Shown: positions 1-9,138 of the stretch, piece after piece | Layout of the letters: every line of letters starts with the position of its first letter | How positions within the stretch are numbered: position 1 is the stretch's first letter | DNA from: Ignavibacteria bacterium | Lineage (GTDB): Bacteria; Bacteroidota; Ignavibacteria; Kapaibacteriales; Kapaibacteriaceae | Reading direction: 5' to 3' | Length of the DNA: 64,000 nt | Assembly: GCA_046300675.1 (NCBI GenBank) | Contig: JBKCLO010000103.1 | Span: forward strand, 1,903 to 65,902 | Notes under the pieces: model-generated | Databases searched by the model: none | What the model was told of the DNA's origin: nothing | What the model saw: only the letters and a program-made list of their open reading frames with translations | Position numbers and translations under genes: made by a program

Positions 1-973
1 ATGCGTCGATCTCTTCACTATGAAGATTGAGCGGCACTAGGATGTGAAAGAACTCGTGAATAGCGATATCGCGCAGCCCCAATGGACGCTTTTGAAAGCC
101 TAGAAAGTAGAACGAGCTTTGATTGTGCTCGAGAGCGCCCATACCGAAGGGCTTTGAGACCTTCGAGCGATCACCTTTCCAGAGATAGAATAGAAAAGCA
201 TACCGATTCACAGGCATCGACGGGAGGAACTTCGCAATCGTTGTCGTGAGCTTGCTGAGCTCTTTGGCATAGGCTTGTGCAACCGTATCTGCACCTGCAT
301 GTGCGCAATGCACGAGTACGTCAACGCCCTCGATGCTGTATGTTGATGTATCGGGCAGAGAATAGAGCACAGGGGAGTCTACAAGCTCATCGTATGACTT
401 GGTCTGATAGAGATCAAGATTTGCATTGATGCGCTGAATCGGCAGTGCTGATCCGCCCCATAGGTGTGCCGGTTTATGAACGGCCACCTTGTAGTCGCGC
501 TTCTGTAAACCGTCGATGTATGGGATTGCTCCGCCATGATTAAGGACGAAGATGCTATCGGCCTCCCAACCTGTGCCGGCAGGGGCAAAGATGTCTACCT
601 TGCCTGTTGTGTCATCGAATGAGTCTTCGAGCTCATAACTGATGTAGCGAAGTGAGCGCGCATTACGGATCACAAACTGCGAATCAACGCTGCGCTCTAC
701 CTGCATGAGTTTGTTGTTGATGTCGTAGGCCCTGAAGTTCTCTACCAAGCGCCACCAGAAGTGTTCTTCATAGGTTCCCGGCACGGTAACAGGGAAGACG
801 AACGTAACGGTGTCGGTTGCAACCGATGGAGGCCAGACCATCACCTGAATGCGGTCGCCGGCAACGTGCTGCAGATCGATGTCAACACGGTACCTGTCTT
901 GTTGTGCAGAGATAATGATCGATGCCTGTGTTAGCATCGCTACGAATAGGAGAATGCGCATTGTGATGTTCAT
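1..973 (-). CDS. M61-family (glycyl aminopeptidase-like) zinc metallopeptidase, 3' end runs off the window
   Basis: Not in the ORF track; translated by hand from ATG at 973 (alternative 961): signal-peptide-like MRILLFVAMLTQASIIISAQ, then PGTYE, GALEH and HEFFHILVPLNLHSEEI (HExxH) at the window edge. Confidence 0.85.
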   Translation of the reverse strand, partial: MNITMRILLFVAMLTQASIIISAQQDRYRVDIDLQHVAGDRIQVMVWPPSVATDTVTFVFPVTVPGTYEEHFWWRLVENFRAYDINNKLMQVERSVDSQFVIRNARSLRYISYELEDSFDDTTGKVDIFAPAGTGWEADSIFVLNHGGAIPYIDGLQKRDYKVAVHKPAHLWGGSALPIQRINANLDLYQTKSYDELVDSPVLYSLPDTSTYSIEGVDVLVHCAHAGADTVAQAYAKELSKLTTTIAKFLPSMPVNRYAFLFYLWKGDRSKVSKPFGMGALEHNQSSFYFLGFQKRPLGLRDIAIHEFFHILVPLNLHSEEIDA

Positions 974-1006
974 GTGCCGTATGACAAAAGATCTATGTTG
1001 TGAGTT

Positions 1007-2173
1007 TCACGTAGTGCTAACGCGCGGCCAAAGTGCGCATTGTGCGCCCCATGCCTCGATCATCATTGTAACCTGGTCTCGCCAATGGTCGGCACGTGAC
1101 GTTCCATCACGGCGAGTGGCTCGAAGCAAAACGTTCTTTTGGGTGTGTTCAAGAGAGATGAATTCTTCAAGGTGTGCATCGTAGCCTTTCCAACGCAGGA
1201 TGTCGCGGCGCATGGTGTCTGTGAGCAAATCACCAAGTCGTTCCTTCGTTATGCCGTCATCGAGCAGCGGACGCGCCCATGTTGGTACACGGTCCTTCGC
1301 GAGCTGCTTCTGTACTTCGTGATGACAGCAGGGGGCAACGAGCATCGTGTCTGCATGGAGTGCCAGACCTAGTTCCAACGCATCATCCGTCGCGGTATCG
1401 CATGCATGCAGGGCGATAAGCATATCACAATGGGGCAGTGCAAGCCCCTTGCCAACCTCACTGATCCCACCGACGTAGAACTCGGCGCCGGTAAATCCCA
1501 TGTCCGCAGCAACCTTACGGCAGTGCCCGATAACATTGGGATTAGAGTCGATTCCGATGAGTCGGACCTTACGTCCCATGCGCTGCATCACATAAACCAG
1601 AGACAAAGAGAGGTAGGCCTTGCCGCAGCCTGCATCGACAACGACGAACTCGCTGTTCGCTGCTCGGTGCTCGCTGTTCGCTGCTCGCTGCAGCAAATGA
1701 TTAACCTGACGAAACTTATCTGCCATCGGGGCTTTGATGCGTCCGTCGGCGGTTGCCAAATCCATGATGTGCAGGAACGCTGCATCCTGTTCAGGCGTCA
1801 GCAGTCGTTGTTTGGTCCGGTCTGCTGTTACACCATCCCAGTGCATTCGGCTCGCAGAGCTCTGTTGCACGGAGACGCGCACGCCATCGCTCTTGAATGA
1901 ACGTATAACATGGTGGTCGTTCTCGGGTGTCTGCACCAGAATCTGACGGAATGACTCATGCAGAAGGTGTTCCAGAGCAATGTCGAGATCCTCCACAGGC
2001 TCCTGCCAGGGGGCTGTAAAGGCCTGTCGGTCTGTAAACGACTCAATACGCAGGCTCCAGAGTCCAGATGTACGTTGTCCACTGACGACGGCCTTGGTCC
2101 ACGGGCAGTTCTTTAGCGGACGCGAGAACGTGGCCACAAACACGTCGGCTGTAGACAGCAATTCGGTGAGCAT
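1007..2173 (-). CDS. Class I SAM-dependent methyltransferase (Methyltransf_32-like)
   Basis: VVDAGCGKAYLS motif I, ALHACDTATD, APCCH and EHTQKN motifs; contains an in-frame repeat-derived insert. Confidence 0.85.
   Translation of the reverse strand: MLTELLSTADVFVATFSRPLKNCPWTKAVVSGQRTSGLWSLRIESFTDRQAFTAPWQEPVEDLDIALEHLLHESFRQILVQTPENDHHVIRSFKSDGVRVSVQQSSASRMHWDGVTADRTKQRLLTPEQDAAFLHIMDLATADGRIKAPMADKFRQVNHLLQRAANSEHRAANSEFVVVDAGCGKAYLSLSLVYVMQRMGRKVRLIGIDSNPNVIGHCRKVAADMGFTGAEFYVGGISEVGKGLALPHCDMLIALHACDTATDDALELGLALHADTMLVAPCCHHEVQKQLAKDRVPTWARPLLDDGITKERLGDLLTDTMRRDILRWKGYDAHLEEFISLEHTQKNVLLRATRRDGTSRADHWRDQVTMMIEAWGAQCALWPRVSTT
1650..1691 (-). repeat. 6 x 7-bp tandem repeat inside the methyltransferase CDS
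   Basis: + strand units tcgctgt tcgctgc tcggtgc tcgctgt tcgctgc tcgctgc; encodes QRAANSEHRAANSE. Confidence 0.9.
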
Positions 2174-2174
2174 C

Positions 2175-2205
2175 CCACAAAACTACGCCCTTCGTACTTT
2201 TGTGG
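2175..2205. promoter_or_regulatory. Divergent promoter pair (two TAnnTTTG motifs) forming a 13-bp inverted repeat
   Basis: ccacaaaactacg-ccctt-cgtacttttgtgg; TAGTTTTG on - (2178-2185) and TACTTTTG on + (2195-2202), between the methyltransferase and alaS. Confidence 0.65.
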
Positions 2206-2230
2206 TTTCTTGTACGGCCAATTCACCTCA

Positions 2231-4756
2231 ATGACTTCACACCAGATACGACAGACATTTCTCGAGTTTTTTGCTGCTCGTGGACACCGCATTGTGCCTT
2301 CGGCTCCGGTGATACCTCACGGCGATCCAACCTTGCTGTTTACGAATGCAGGTATGAACCAGTTCAAGGACGTGTTCCTTGGTACTGGCAAGCGCGACTT
2401 TACGCGCGCTGCAGACACGCAGAAGTGTGTGCGCGTTTCGGGCAAGCATAACGACCTAGAAGAAGTTGGCTACGACACATACCATCACACCTTCTTCGAG
2501 ATGCTAGGCAATTGGAGCTTCGGGGACTACTTCAAAGAAGAAGCGATCGCATGGTCATGGGAGTTGCTCACCGACGTTTACAAGCTTCCCAAAGAGCGCC
2601 TTCATGCAACTGTGTATCGCACGGATGATGAATCCTTTGAGATCTGGAAGAAGTATCTGCCGGTAGATCACATTCATCGGTTCGATGAAAAGGACAACTT
2701 CTGGGAGATGGGTGATACTGGGCCATGCGGTCCGTGCACAGAAATCCATTTCGACCGTACGCCGGATCTGTCTGGCGGGCCCCTTGTCAATGCTGGCGTG
2801 CCCGAAGTAATGGAGATCTGGAACAACGTGTTCATTCAATACAACCGCAATGCTGATGGCAGTCTATCGCCACTGCCGGCCACGCACGTTGATACCGGCA
2901 TGGGCTTTGAGCGTCTATGTGCCGTGATGCAGGGTAGGGATTCGAATTACGATACCGATGTGTTTCAACCGATCATTGCCTATACGGAAGACCTTTGTGG
3001 TCGAAGCTATCGCACAGAACTCGACAATCCCGACGGCGTTGCCATGCGTGTGATTGCCGATCACATTCGTACCCTTTCCTTTGCCATCGCAGACGGCGCC
3101 ATTCCGGGCAATGAGGGAAGGGGCTATGTGCTGCGTCGAATTCTGCGCAGGGCGGCACGGTATGCCCGTAACCTCGGTATGACCGAGCCTGTGCTCTGGA
3201 AACACGTACACATTCTGTGTGACACGATGGGCGATGCGTTTCCCGAACTGCACGAGCGTAAGGATCTCATCGAGCGTATCATCCGTGCCGAGGAAGAGTC
3301 ATTCCTTGCCACACTTGATCGCGGTTTACAACGATTTGATAGCATCTCTACGTCAGGCAACCTTGTTACGGGCGCTGATGCATTTGAACTCTATGATACC
3401 TTCGGATTCCCGCTTGACCTTACGCAGCTGATCGCGCGCGAGCGTGGGCTTGATGTAGACGTAGACGGGTACAATACGTTATTGGACGAGCAGCGTGCTC
3501 GTTCGCGTGCTGCGCGCAAGTCTCACGCACAGGAAGCATCAACAGAAAAGATTGATGCGATGTCACGTTTTACCGGGTATGCAGACACTGATACTTCAGC
3601 AGAGGTGCTATACGTTAGTGGAAACACGATTGTGCTGGCTGAAACTCCGTTCTATGTTGAGATGGGCGGACAGGTATCCGATACTGGAATCATTACAGTA
3701 GGGGGCTCGCAGTACCGCGTAGACGACGTGCGCAAAGTTGGTGATGCAATCGTGCATGTTTGCGAGACAGACGTTGATGCAGCAGTAGGCGACATGGCCA
3801 AGGCAGCAATCGATGTCTCACGCAGGCGCGACGTTGAGCGCGAGCACTCGGTTACGCACCTGCTCCATGAAGCGCTTCGCCGAGTTCTCGGCACGCACGT
3901 ACAGCAGTCGGGCTCGCTCGTCGAACCTGAACGTCTGCGCTTTGATTTTGCACACTTCGAACGCATGCGTGATGATGAGCTTTCAGCTGTGGAGGAAATG
4001 GTGAACGAAAAGATCTTCGAGTCCATTGCTGTGCACACCGAGGAGATGACGATTGAGAAAGCACGTACGGTACCGGGCGCAAAAATGTTCTTTGGCGACA
4101 AGTACGGCGATTCGGTTAGGGTAGTGTTTATCGACGAGAAGTTCTCGGTTGAATTCTGCGGCGGTACGCACGTGCGCAACACTGCGGAGATCGGTCTGTT
4201 CAAGATTGTCAGTGAGTCGAGCGTTGCCAGTGGAGTGCGTCGAATCGAAGCCATAGCCGGACGCAGCATCCCTCAGTGGCTGAAGCAGTTGGACCGGAAT
4301 GCCGGGAACCTGCGCGACGATATGGCACGTCAGGCAGAGCGCATCAAGCAGCTCGAAAAGGAGCTGTTGTCCTACAAGGTCGATGAACTCAAAACCATCA
4401 TACCGGACATGGTTGCAACCGCTGAGCAGCTCGATGGATATCGACTGGCTGTGCGCAGGATCGATGGCGTTGAGATGGAACAGCTGAAGTCGTTAGGCGA
4501 CGAGCTCCGCTCGGGGCTTAAGTCTCAGGGAATCGGACTCCTGGCTGCGGTCATCGACGACAAGGTTCAGCTTGTTTGCGTAGCCACAGACGACATGGCA
4601 AAGCTCAAACCGGCTGGCAAAATTGTTGGTGCGGTTGCAAAGGAACTCGGCGGAGGTGGCGGTGGAAAACCTCATATGGCAACGGCAGGGGGCAAGGACA
4701 TAGAAAAGCTCGATATTGTGCTCAAGAACATTCCAACATTGATTTCAACTATCTAA
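2231..4756 (+). CDS. alaS: Alanine--tRNA ligase
   Basis: DPTLLFTNAGMNQFK, HHTFFEMLGNWSFGDYFK, HSVTH/CGGTH editing motifs, GGGGGK C-terminus; start moved to ATG 2231 (MTSHQIRQTF). Confidence 0.98.
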   Translation: MTSHQIRQTFLEFFAARGHRIVPSAPVIPHGDPTLLFTNAGMNQFKDVFLGTGKRDFTRAADTQKCVRVSGKHNDLEEVGYDTYHHTFFEMLGNWSFGDYFKEEAIAWSWELLTDVYKLPKERLHATVYRTDDESFEIWKKYLPVDHIHRFDEKDNFWEMGDTGPCGPCTEIHFDRTPDLSGGPLVNAGVPEVMEIWNNVFIQYNRNADGSLSPLPATHVDTGMGFERLCAVMQGRDSNYDTDVFQPIIAYTEDLCGRSYRTELDNPDGVAMRVIADHIRTLSFAIADGAIPGNEGRGYVLRRILRRAARYARNLGMTEPVLWKHVHILCDTMGDAFPELHERKDLIERIIRAEEESFLATLDRGLQRFDSISTSGNLVTGADAFELYDTFGFPLDLTQLIARERGLDVDVDGYNTLLDEQRARSRAARKSHAQEASTEKIDAMSRFTGYADTDTSAEVLYVSGNTIVLAETPFYVEMGGQVSDTGIITVGGSQYRVDDVRKVGDAIVHVCETDVDAAVGDMAKAAIDVSRRRDVEREHSVTHLLHEALRRVLGTHVQQSGSLVEPERLRFDFAHFERMRDDELSAVEEMVNEKIFESIAVHTEEMTIEKARTVPGAKMFFGDKYGDSVRVVFIDEKFSVEFCGGTHVRNTAEIGLFKIVSESSVASGVRRIEAIAGRSIPQWLKQLDRNAGNLRDDMARQAERIKQLEKELLSYKVDELKTIIPDMVATAEQLDGYRLAVRRIDGVEMEQLKSLGDELRSGLKSQGIGLLAAVIDDKVQLVCVATDDMAKLKPAGKIVGAVAKELGGGGGGKPHMATAGGKDIEKLDIVLKNIPTLISTI

Positions 4757-4771
4757 TCACAGGCTAACATC

Positions 4772-5146
4772 ATGGCAAACTCATACGAAGCAGTTGGCAC
4801 GCTTCATCATCTGACAGAAACGCAGCAAGTGAAGGACACCTTCCGCAAGCGTGAATTTGTGCTCGAGATCCAGGACGGTAACTATCCTCAGCACATCAAG
4901 TTTCAGGTAACACAAGACCGCTGTTCTATCATGGACAGTTACAAGGTCGGACAGCAACTCAAGGTGCTCTTCAATCTGCGTGGACGCCCCTTCCAAAACA
5001 AGGATGGTCAAACGGTGTATTACACTAACCTCGAGGCCTGGAAAATCGAAGCTGCCGGTGCCACAGCGCCAGCAACAACCGATTATTCTCAGATCACACC
5101 TGCTGGTTCGTCAGCCAAAGACGACTACGACGACGTGCCGTTTTAA
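4772..5146 (+). CDS. DUF3127 family protein (SSB-like OB fold)
   Basis: FRKREFVL, YPQHIKFQ, FNLRGR, YYTNLEAWKIE and acidic C-terminal DDVPF tail. Confidence 0.85.
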   Translation: MANSYEAVGTLHHLTETQQVKDTFRKREFVLEIQDGNYPQHIKFQVTQDRCSIMDSYKVGQQLKVLFNLRGRPFQNKDGQTVYYTNLEAWKIEAAGATAPATTDYSQITPAGSSAKDDYDDVPF

Positions 5147-5276
5147 GCAGCGAGCAGCGAGCAGCGAACAGCGAACAGCGAACAGCGAACAGCGAACAGC
5201 GAATAGCGAGCAGCGAGCAGCGAACAGCGAGCAGCGAACAGCGAATAGCGAACAGCGAACAGCGAACAGCGAGCAG
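5147..5276 (+). repeat. 18 x 7-bp tandem repeat (gcagcga/acagcga/atagcga), intergenic
   Basis: 18 full units counted from 5147 to 5272 plus partial gcag; starts directly after the TAA of the DUF3127 gene. Confidence 0.97.
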
Positions 5277-5357
5277 GGTAGCACCATACAACAGTGCGGT
5301 GTTAGGGGCAATGCCAACTGCGGTAGGTCATAGTACAGCAAAGAAGCGGAACATTAC

Positions 5358-6632
5358 ATGTCTGAACGTATTCTCTTGATTGGTTCGGGTGGACGCGAGC
5401 ATGCGCTTGCAAAGGCGCTGGTATCATCAACATCGTGCGAAAAACTTTGGGTTGCTCCAGGCAACCCGGGCATTGCACGTGAAGCCGAGCTCGTCGTATT
5501 GAACATTGCAGATCACGAGGCCGTAGCCACGTTCTGCCGCAAGAACAATGTTACACTTGTTGTTGTCGGCCCTGAGCAGCCCCTTGCAGACGGCCTCGCA
5601 GACACGCTTCGCGAAGAGGGGATAGACGTCTTTGGTCCATCGCAACAAGCTGCACGGCTCGAAACGTCAAAGGGCTTTTCAAAGGACTTCATGCAACGCC
5701 GTGGAGTACCGACAGCCCCTTATAGAAGATTCACTGCAACAGAGCATGAAGACGCCCGCGCATACGCAGCTGGGCATGCACTGCCCGTAGTTGTCAAGTA
5801 CGACGGTCTTGCAGCAGGCAAAGGGGTTGTAGTTGCAAGCACGCATCAAGAGGCCAATGAGGCCATAGATACAATGTATGCCGGAGCATTTGGTGATGAC
5901 GGCATTGTGATCGAGGGCTTTTTATCTGGTGAAGAAGCAAGTGTTTTTGCTGTCTGTGATGGCAAGGATTTCGTTACGCTTGCACCGGCACAAGACCACA
6001 AGAGAATCGGCGACGGAGATACAGGCAAGAACACGGGCGGAATGGGCGCGTATGCGCCCGCGCCGATCGTTACGCCAAGCGTGCTTGAGAGCGTGCATTC
6101 GCGAATCATACGTCCGGTGCTTGATGGCATGGCCGAAGAAGGTATGCCCTTTATTGGCTGCCTCTTCTGTGGCCTGATGATCGATGAGCATGGAGATCCA
6201 TCCGTGGTGGAGTTCAACGTGCGCTTCGGCGATCCTGAGACGCAGGCTGTGATGAGTGTACTCAGCGCAGACGTGGCGGCCCTTTTTGCGTCGGCAGCGC
6301 GCGGCACATTGGACAAAGCAGCCATTGCATCGGCCGCGATCGGCTTCGCATGCAATGTCGTTCTTGCATCGGCAGGCTACCCGGATGCATTTGAAAAGGG
6401 GCTTACCATCACTGGTATTGATGAGGCAGAGTCTGATCCGTTCGTAACCGTCTACCATGCAGGCACGAGAGATGCAGACGGACAGCTTGTTACTCATGGC
6501 GGACGAGTTCTGGGAGTAACTGCCACAGCCGATACACTCGAGCAGGCCGTTCGTCGGTCTTATCAGGCAGTAGACAAGATCAGCTTTGGCAATAAGTATT
6601 TCAGAACAGACATTGCAAAGAAGGCGCTGTGA
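5358..6632 (+). CDS. purD: Phosphoribosylamine--glycine ligase
   Basis: GSGGREHAL, DGLAAGKGV, QDHKR, NTGGMGAY, EFNVRFGDPE. Confidence 0.98.
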   Translation: MSERILLIGSGGREHALAKALVSSTSCEKLWVAPGNPGIAREAELVVLNIADHEAVATFCRKNNVTLVVVGPEQPLADGLADTLREEGIDVFGPSQQAARLETSKGFSKDFMQRRGVPTAPYRRFTATEHEDARAYAAGHALPVVVKYDGLAAGKGVVVASTHQEANEAIDTMYAGAFGDDGIVIEGFLSGEEASVFAVCDGKDFVTLAPAQDHKRIGDGDTGKNTGGMGAYAPAPIVTPSVLESVHSRIIRPVLDGMAEEGMPFIGCLFCGLMIDEHGDPSVVEFNVRFGDPETQAVMSVLSADVAALFASAARGTLDKAAIASAAIGFACNVVLASAGYPDAFEKGLTITGIDEAESDPFVTVYHAGTRDADGQLVTHGGRVLGVTATADTLEQAVRRSYQAVDKISFGNKYFRTDIAKKAL

Positions 6633-7546
6633 AGATTCTTGTAACAGGTGGTGCCGGTTTTATTGGTTCGCACGTGGCAGAAGCATATCTGCGTCGGGGC
6701 CATACCGTGGACATCGTCGATAATCTGTCGATGGGATATGTAGAGAACATTCCCGGTGGTGCAACCTTCTACAACATGGACATCACCTCTGATGCCTGTA
6801 CAGATCTTATCATGACAGGTGGCTATGATGCCATAAACCATCATGCTGCGCACATGGAACTGCGGGTGAGCGTTGAAAAACCCGTGCATGATGCCGGGAT
6901 TAACATCCTGGGGTCATTAAGGATCTTTGAAGCAGCCAGAAAGTCTGGTGTAAAACACATCGTTGCCGCCTCGACCACTGCAGTTCTGGGCGAGTTTGTA
7001 GAGCTGCCTGCCGACGAGACGCATCCTATTCGGCCAATTGCCCCGTATGGAGTATCAAAGAGGGCTATGGAGATTTATGCTGAATACGAGCGGATAGTAC
7101 ACGGATTGAGTATTACCATCCTGCGATACACCAATGTCTATGGTCCGCGCCAAAACCCCCACGGGGAATCTGGCGTGATTGCCATCTTTTTGGAGAAGTT
7201 TCTCAAGAATGAGGTTCCGACCATTCACGGAGACGGAAGTCAAGAACGGGACTATATCCATGTTGATGACGTTGCCAGCGCCAACGTAGCGGCACTTGAA
7301 CATCAACTTCAGGGCACCTTTCATGTTTGCCGTAATGGGGCGGCGAGTGTGAACGATGTGGTGGCCGCCCTGCGGAAGGCCCTCGGACGCGAGTATGCTG
7401 TCCACAATGGTCCTGCCAAGGCTGGCGATCCGGCAAAAACACGCGGTTCTCACGCCCTTTTTACCTCGTTTACCGGATGGAATCCCACGGTAGATCTGGA
7501 CGAGGGAATTTTCCAGACCACTGCCTGGTTTACGGGCCGACAGTGA
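6629..7546 (+). CDS. NAD-dependent epimerase/dehydratase (UDP-glucose 4-epimerase-like)
   Basis: TGGAGFIGSH, YGVSK (YxxxK), NVYGPRQ; GTGA overlap with purD. Confidence 0.9.
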   Translation: MKILVTGGAGFIGSHVAEAYLRRGHTVDIVDNLSMGYVENIPGGATFYNMDITSDACTDLIMTGGYDAINHHAAHMELRVSVEKPVHDAGINILGSLRIFEAARKSGVKHIVAASTTAVLGEFVELPADETHPIRPIAPYGVSKRAMEIYAEYERIVHGLSITILRYTNVYGPRQNPHGESGVIAIFLEKFLKNEVPTIHGDGSQERDYIHVDDVASANVAALEHQLQGTFHVCRNGAASVNDVVAALRKALGREYAVHNGPAKAGDPAKTRGSHALFTSFTGWNPTVDLDEGIFQTTAWFTGRQ

Positions 7547-7670
7547 TTTTTCCACAACTACGTTACCGCAAAAGATCTGCACATGAACCCTTGCACTTTT
7601 ACACAATAGTGCGGTGGTCGTATTTTAGCGCAATTATCAAGAGCTAGATCAACACGAGAGGTTCACATAC

Positions 7671-8204
7671 ATGCAGACTCTAAAGACAAGATCTCTTTTC
7701 CTGTCGTTGGCAGTTTGTTTCATAACAGTCTTGAGTGGCTGTAACGTGCAGGGGTTGTTCACCTCGTACGGCGACGATCCGGTCTGGGTTGACCCCAATG
7801 CCGCGAAAGAAGCTGCTGCAGGTACGGCCGACGCAGGTGGTCCTGGTAAAGCCGTCTACGGCAGGATCTGTGCAGCCTGCCACCTCGGCAGCGGAAAAGG
7901 TGTGCCGGGCAATAACATTCCACCTCTTGCCGGCTCTGCAATTGCTCAGGGCGATGCACGTAAACCGATCGGAATCATTCTGCATGGATTCCGCGGCCCT
8001 ATCGAGCGTAACGGCGTTCAGATCAACGGTCAGATGGCTGCTTGGAAGGAACAACTCAACGATCAGGAAATCGCTGACGTTCTAACGTATGTGCGTGCCG
8101 CCTTCGGCAACGCTGCAGCTGCTGTTACCGCTGACGAAGTAAAGGCGCTTCGCGAAGAAACAGCCTCTCGTACAACTGCATACACAGAAGCAGAGCTTCC
8201 GTAA
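7671..8204 (+). CDS. Monoheme cytochrome c, predicted lipoprotein
   Basis: Lipobox LSGC, CAACH, PPLAGS, candidate distal Met in GQMAAW; first gene of the oxidase cluster. Confidence 0.9.
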   Translation: MQTLKTRSLFLSLAVCFITVLSGCNVQGLFTSYGDDPVWVDPNAAKEAAAGTADAGGPGKAVYGRICAACHLGSGKGVPGNNIPPLAGSAIAQGDARKPIGIILHGFRGPIERNGVQINGQMAAWKEQLNDQEIADVLTYVRAAFGNAAAAVTADEVKALREETASRTTAYTEAELP

Positions 8205-8270
8205 GCCCCGTGTCGCAGTTCACCCTCACATTCGAATCATCACTTTCCAACTCCTTGGAGTAAAGCACTC

Positions 8271-9119
8271 ATGGACCGCATTCTTAGCATGTTCGATATG
8301 TTGATCTGGTTTCCAGAGAACATCTCAACATTCGGTGACGAGCTCGACAGCCTGTTTGCCATTATCTATTGGGTCAGTGTCGCGATCTTCTTCCTCACCT
8401 TCGGCGTTTTAGGATACTTCCTTGTTAAGTACCGCTACCGCCGCGATGCTCGTGGATACAACTATCACGGGAACAACATTGTAGAAGTTACCTGGACGAT
8501 TCTGCCGACGATTCTGTTTGCAGGCATCGGTCTGTATTCAGATGATATCTGGGAACGTACGAAGTACTCTTCGAGACTTCCCCAGGCCGACGTAAAGGTT
8601 CTTGTGATGGGCAAACAGTACGGATGGCAGTTCCTGTATCCAGGTTCTGACGGAAAGTTCGGCCGTAATGCCTTTACCGACCGCGACAATTGCCGTAAGC
8701 TCATGAGCTCGACAAATCCTTTCGGCATCGACTCCTCTGATGCAGCAAGCATGGATGATTACACGACCGAAAACCAGTTCAAGGTTCCGGTTAACGCTAA
8801 CATCATCTTCCACGGATCGTCACAGGATGTGCTTCACAGCTTCTTCCTCCCCCATGCGCGCGTTAAGCAAGACGTTGTGCCTGGAACATGGATGAACATC
8901 TGGTGTAATCTGTTCAAAACAGGAAAGTATGAACTCGCATGCGCAGAGCTCTGTGGTGGCGGACACTACTCGATGCGCGCCGAGTATGAAGTTCTCAGCA
9001 AGTCTGCCTACGATGAGTGGGTAGACAAGAAAGTAGCAGAGGCAATCGCTGCACGTTCGCCTCAACCAGCAGCAGCACCCGTGGCTGACACGACCAAAAT
9101 CGCCTCTCTTACGAAGTAA
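8271..9119 (+). CDS. coxB: Cytochrome c oxidase subunit II (CuA; no fused cytochrome c domain)
   Basis: EVTWTILP, DVLHSF, CAELCGGGHYSM CuA ligands; no CxxCH. Confidence 0.95.
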   Translation: MDRILSMFDMLIWFPENISTFGDELDSLFAIIYWVSVAIFFLTFGVLGYFLVKYRYRRDARGYNYHGNNIVEVTWTILPTILFAGIGLYSDDIWERTKYSSRLPQADVKVLVMGKQYGWQFLYPGSDGKFGRNAFTDRDNCRKLMSSTNPFGIDSSDAASMDDYTTENQFKVPVNANIIFHGSSQDVLHSFFLPHARVKQDVVPGTWMNIWCNLFKTGKYELACAELCGGGHYSMRAEYEVLSKSAYDEWVDKKVAEAIAARSPQPAAAPVADTTKIASLTK

Positions 9120-9138
9120 CTGGAACCAGGAGTAAACA

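Noticed and set aside
5147-5276. Possible CRISPR array
   Set aside because: Contiguous 7-bp units with no unique spacers and no cas genes
4980-5341. ORFs 4980-5333(+), 5094-5291(-) and 5111-5341(-) with EQRTANS / RCSLFAV repeats
   Set aside because: By-products of the heptamer array; they overlap the DUF3127 gene and have no independent coding signal
5277-5357. Purine or ZTP riboswitch upstream of purD
   Set aside because: No recognisable consensus and only weak pairing by eye; an Infernal/Rfam scan would be needed to exclude it fully
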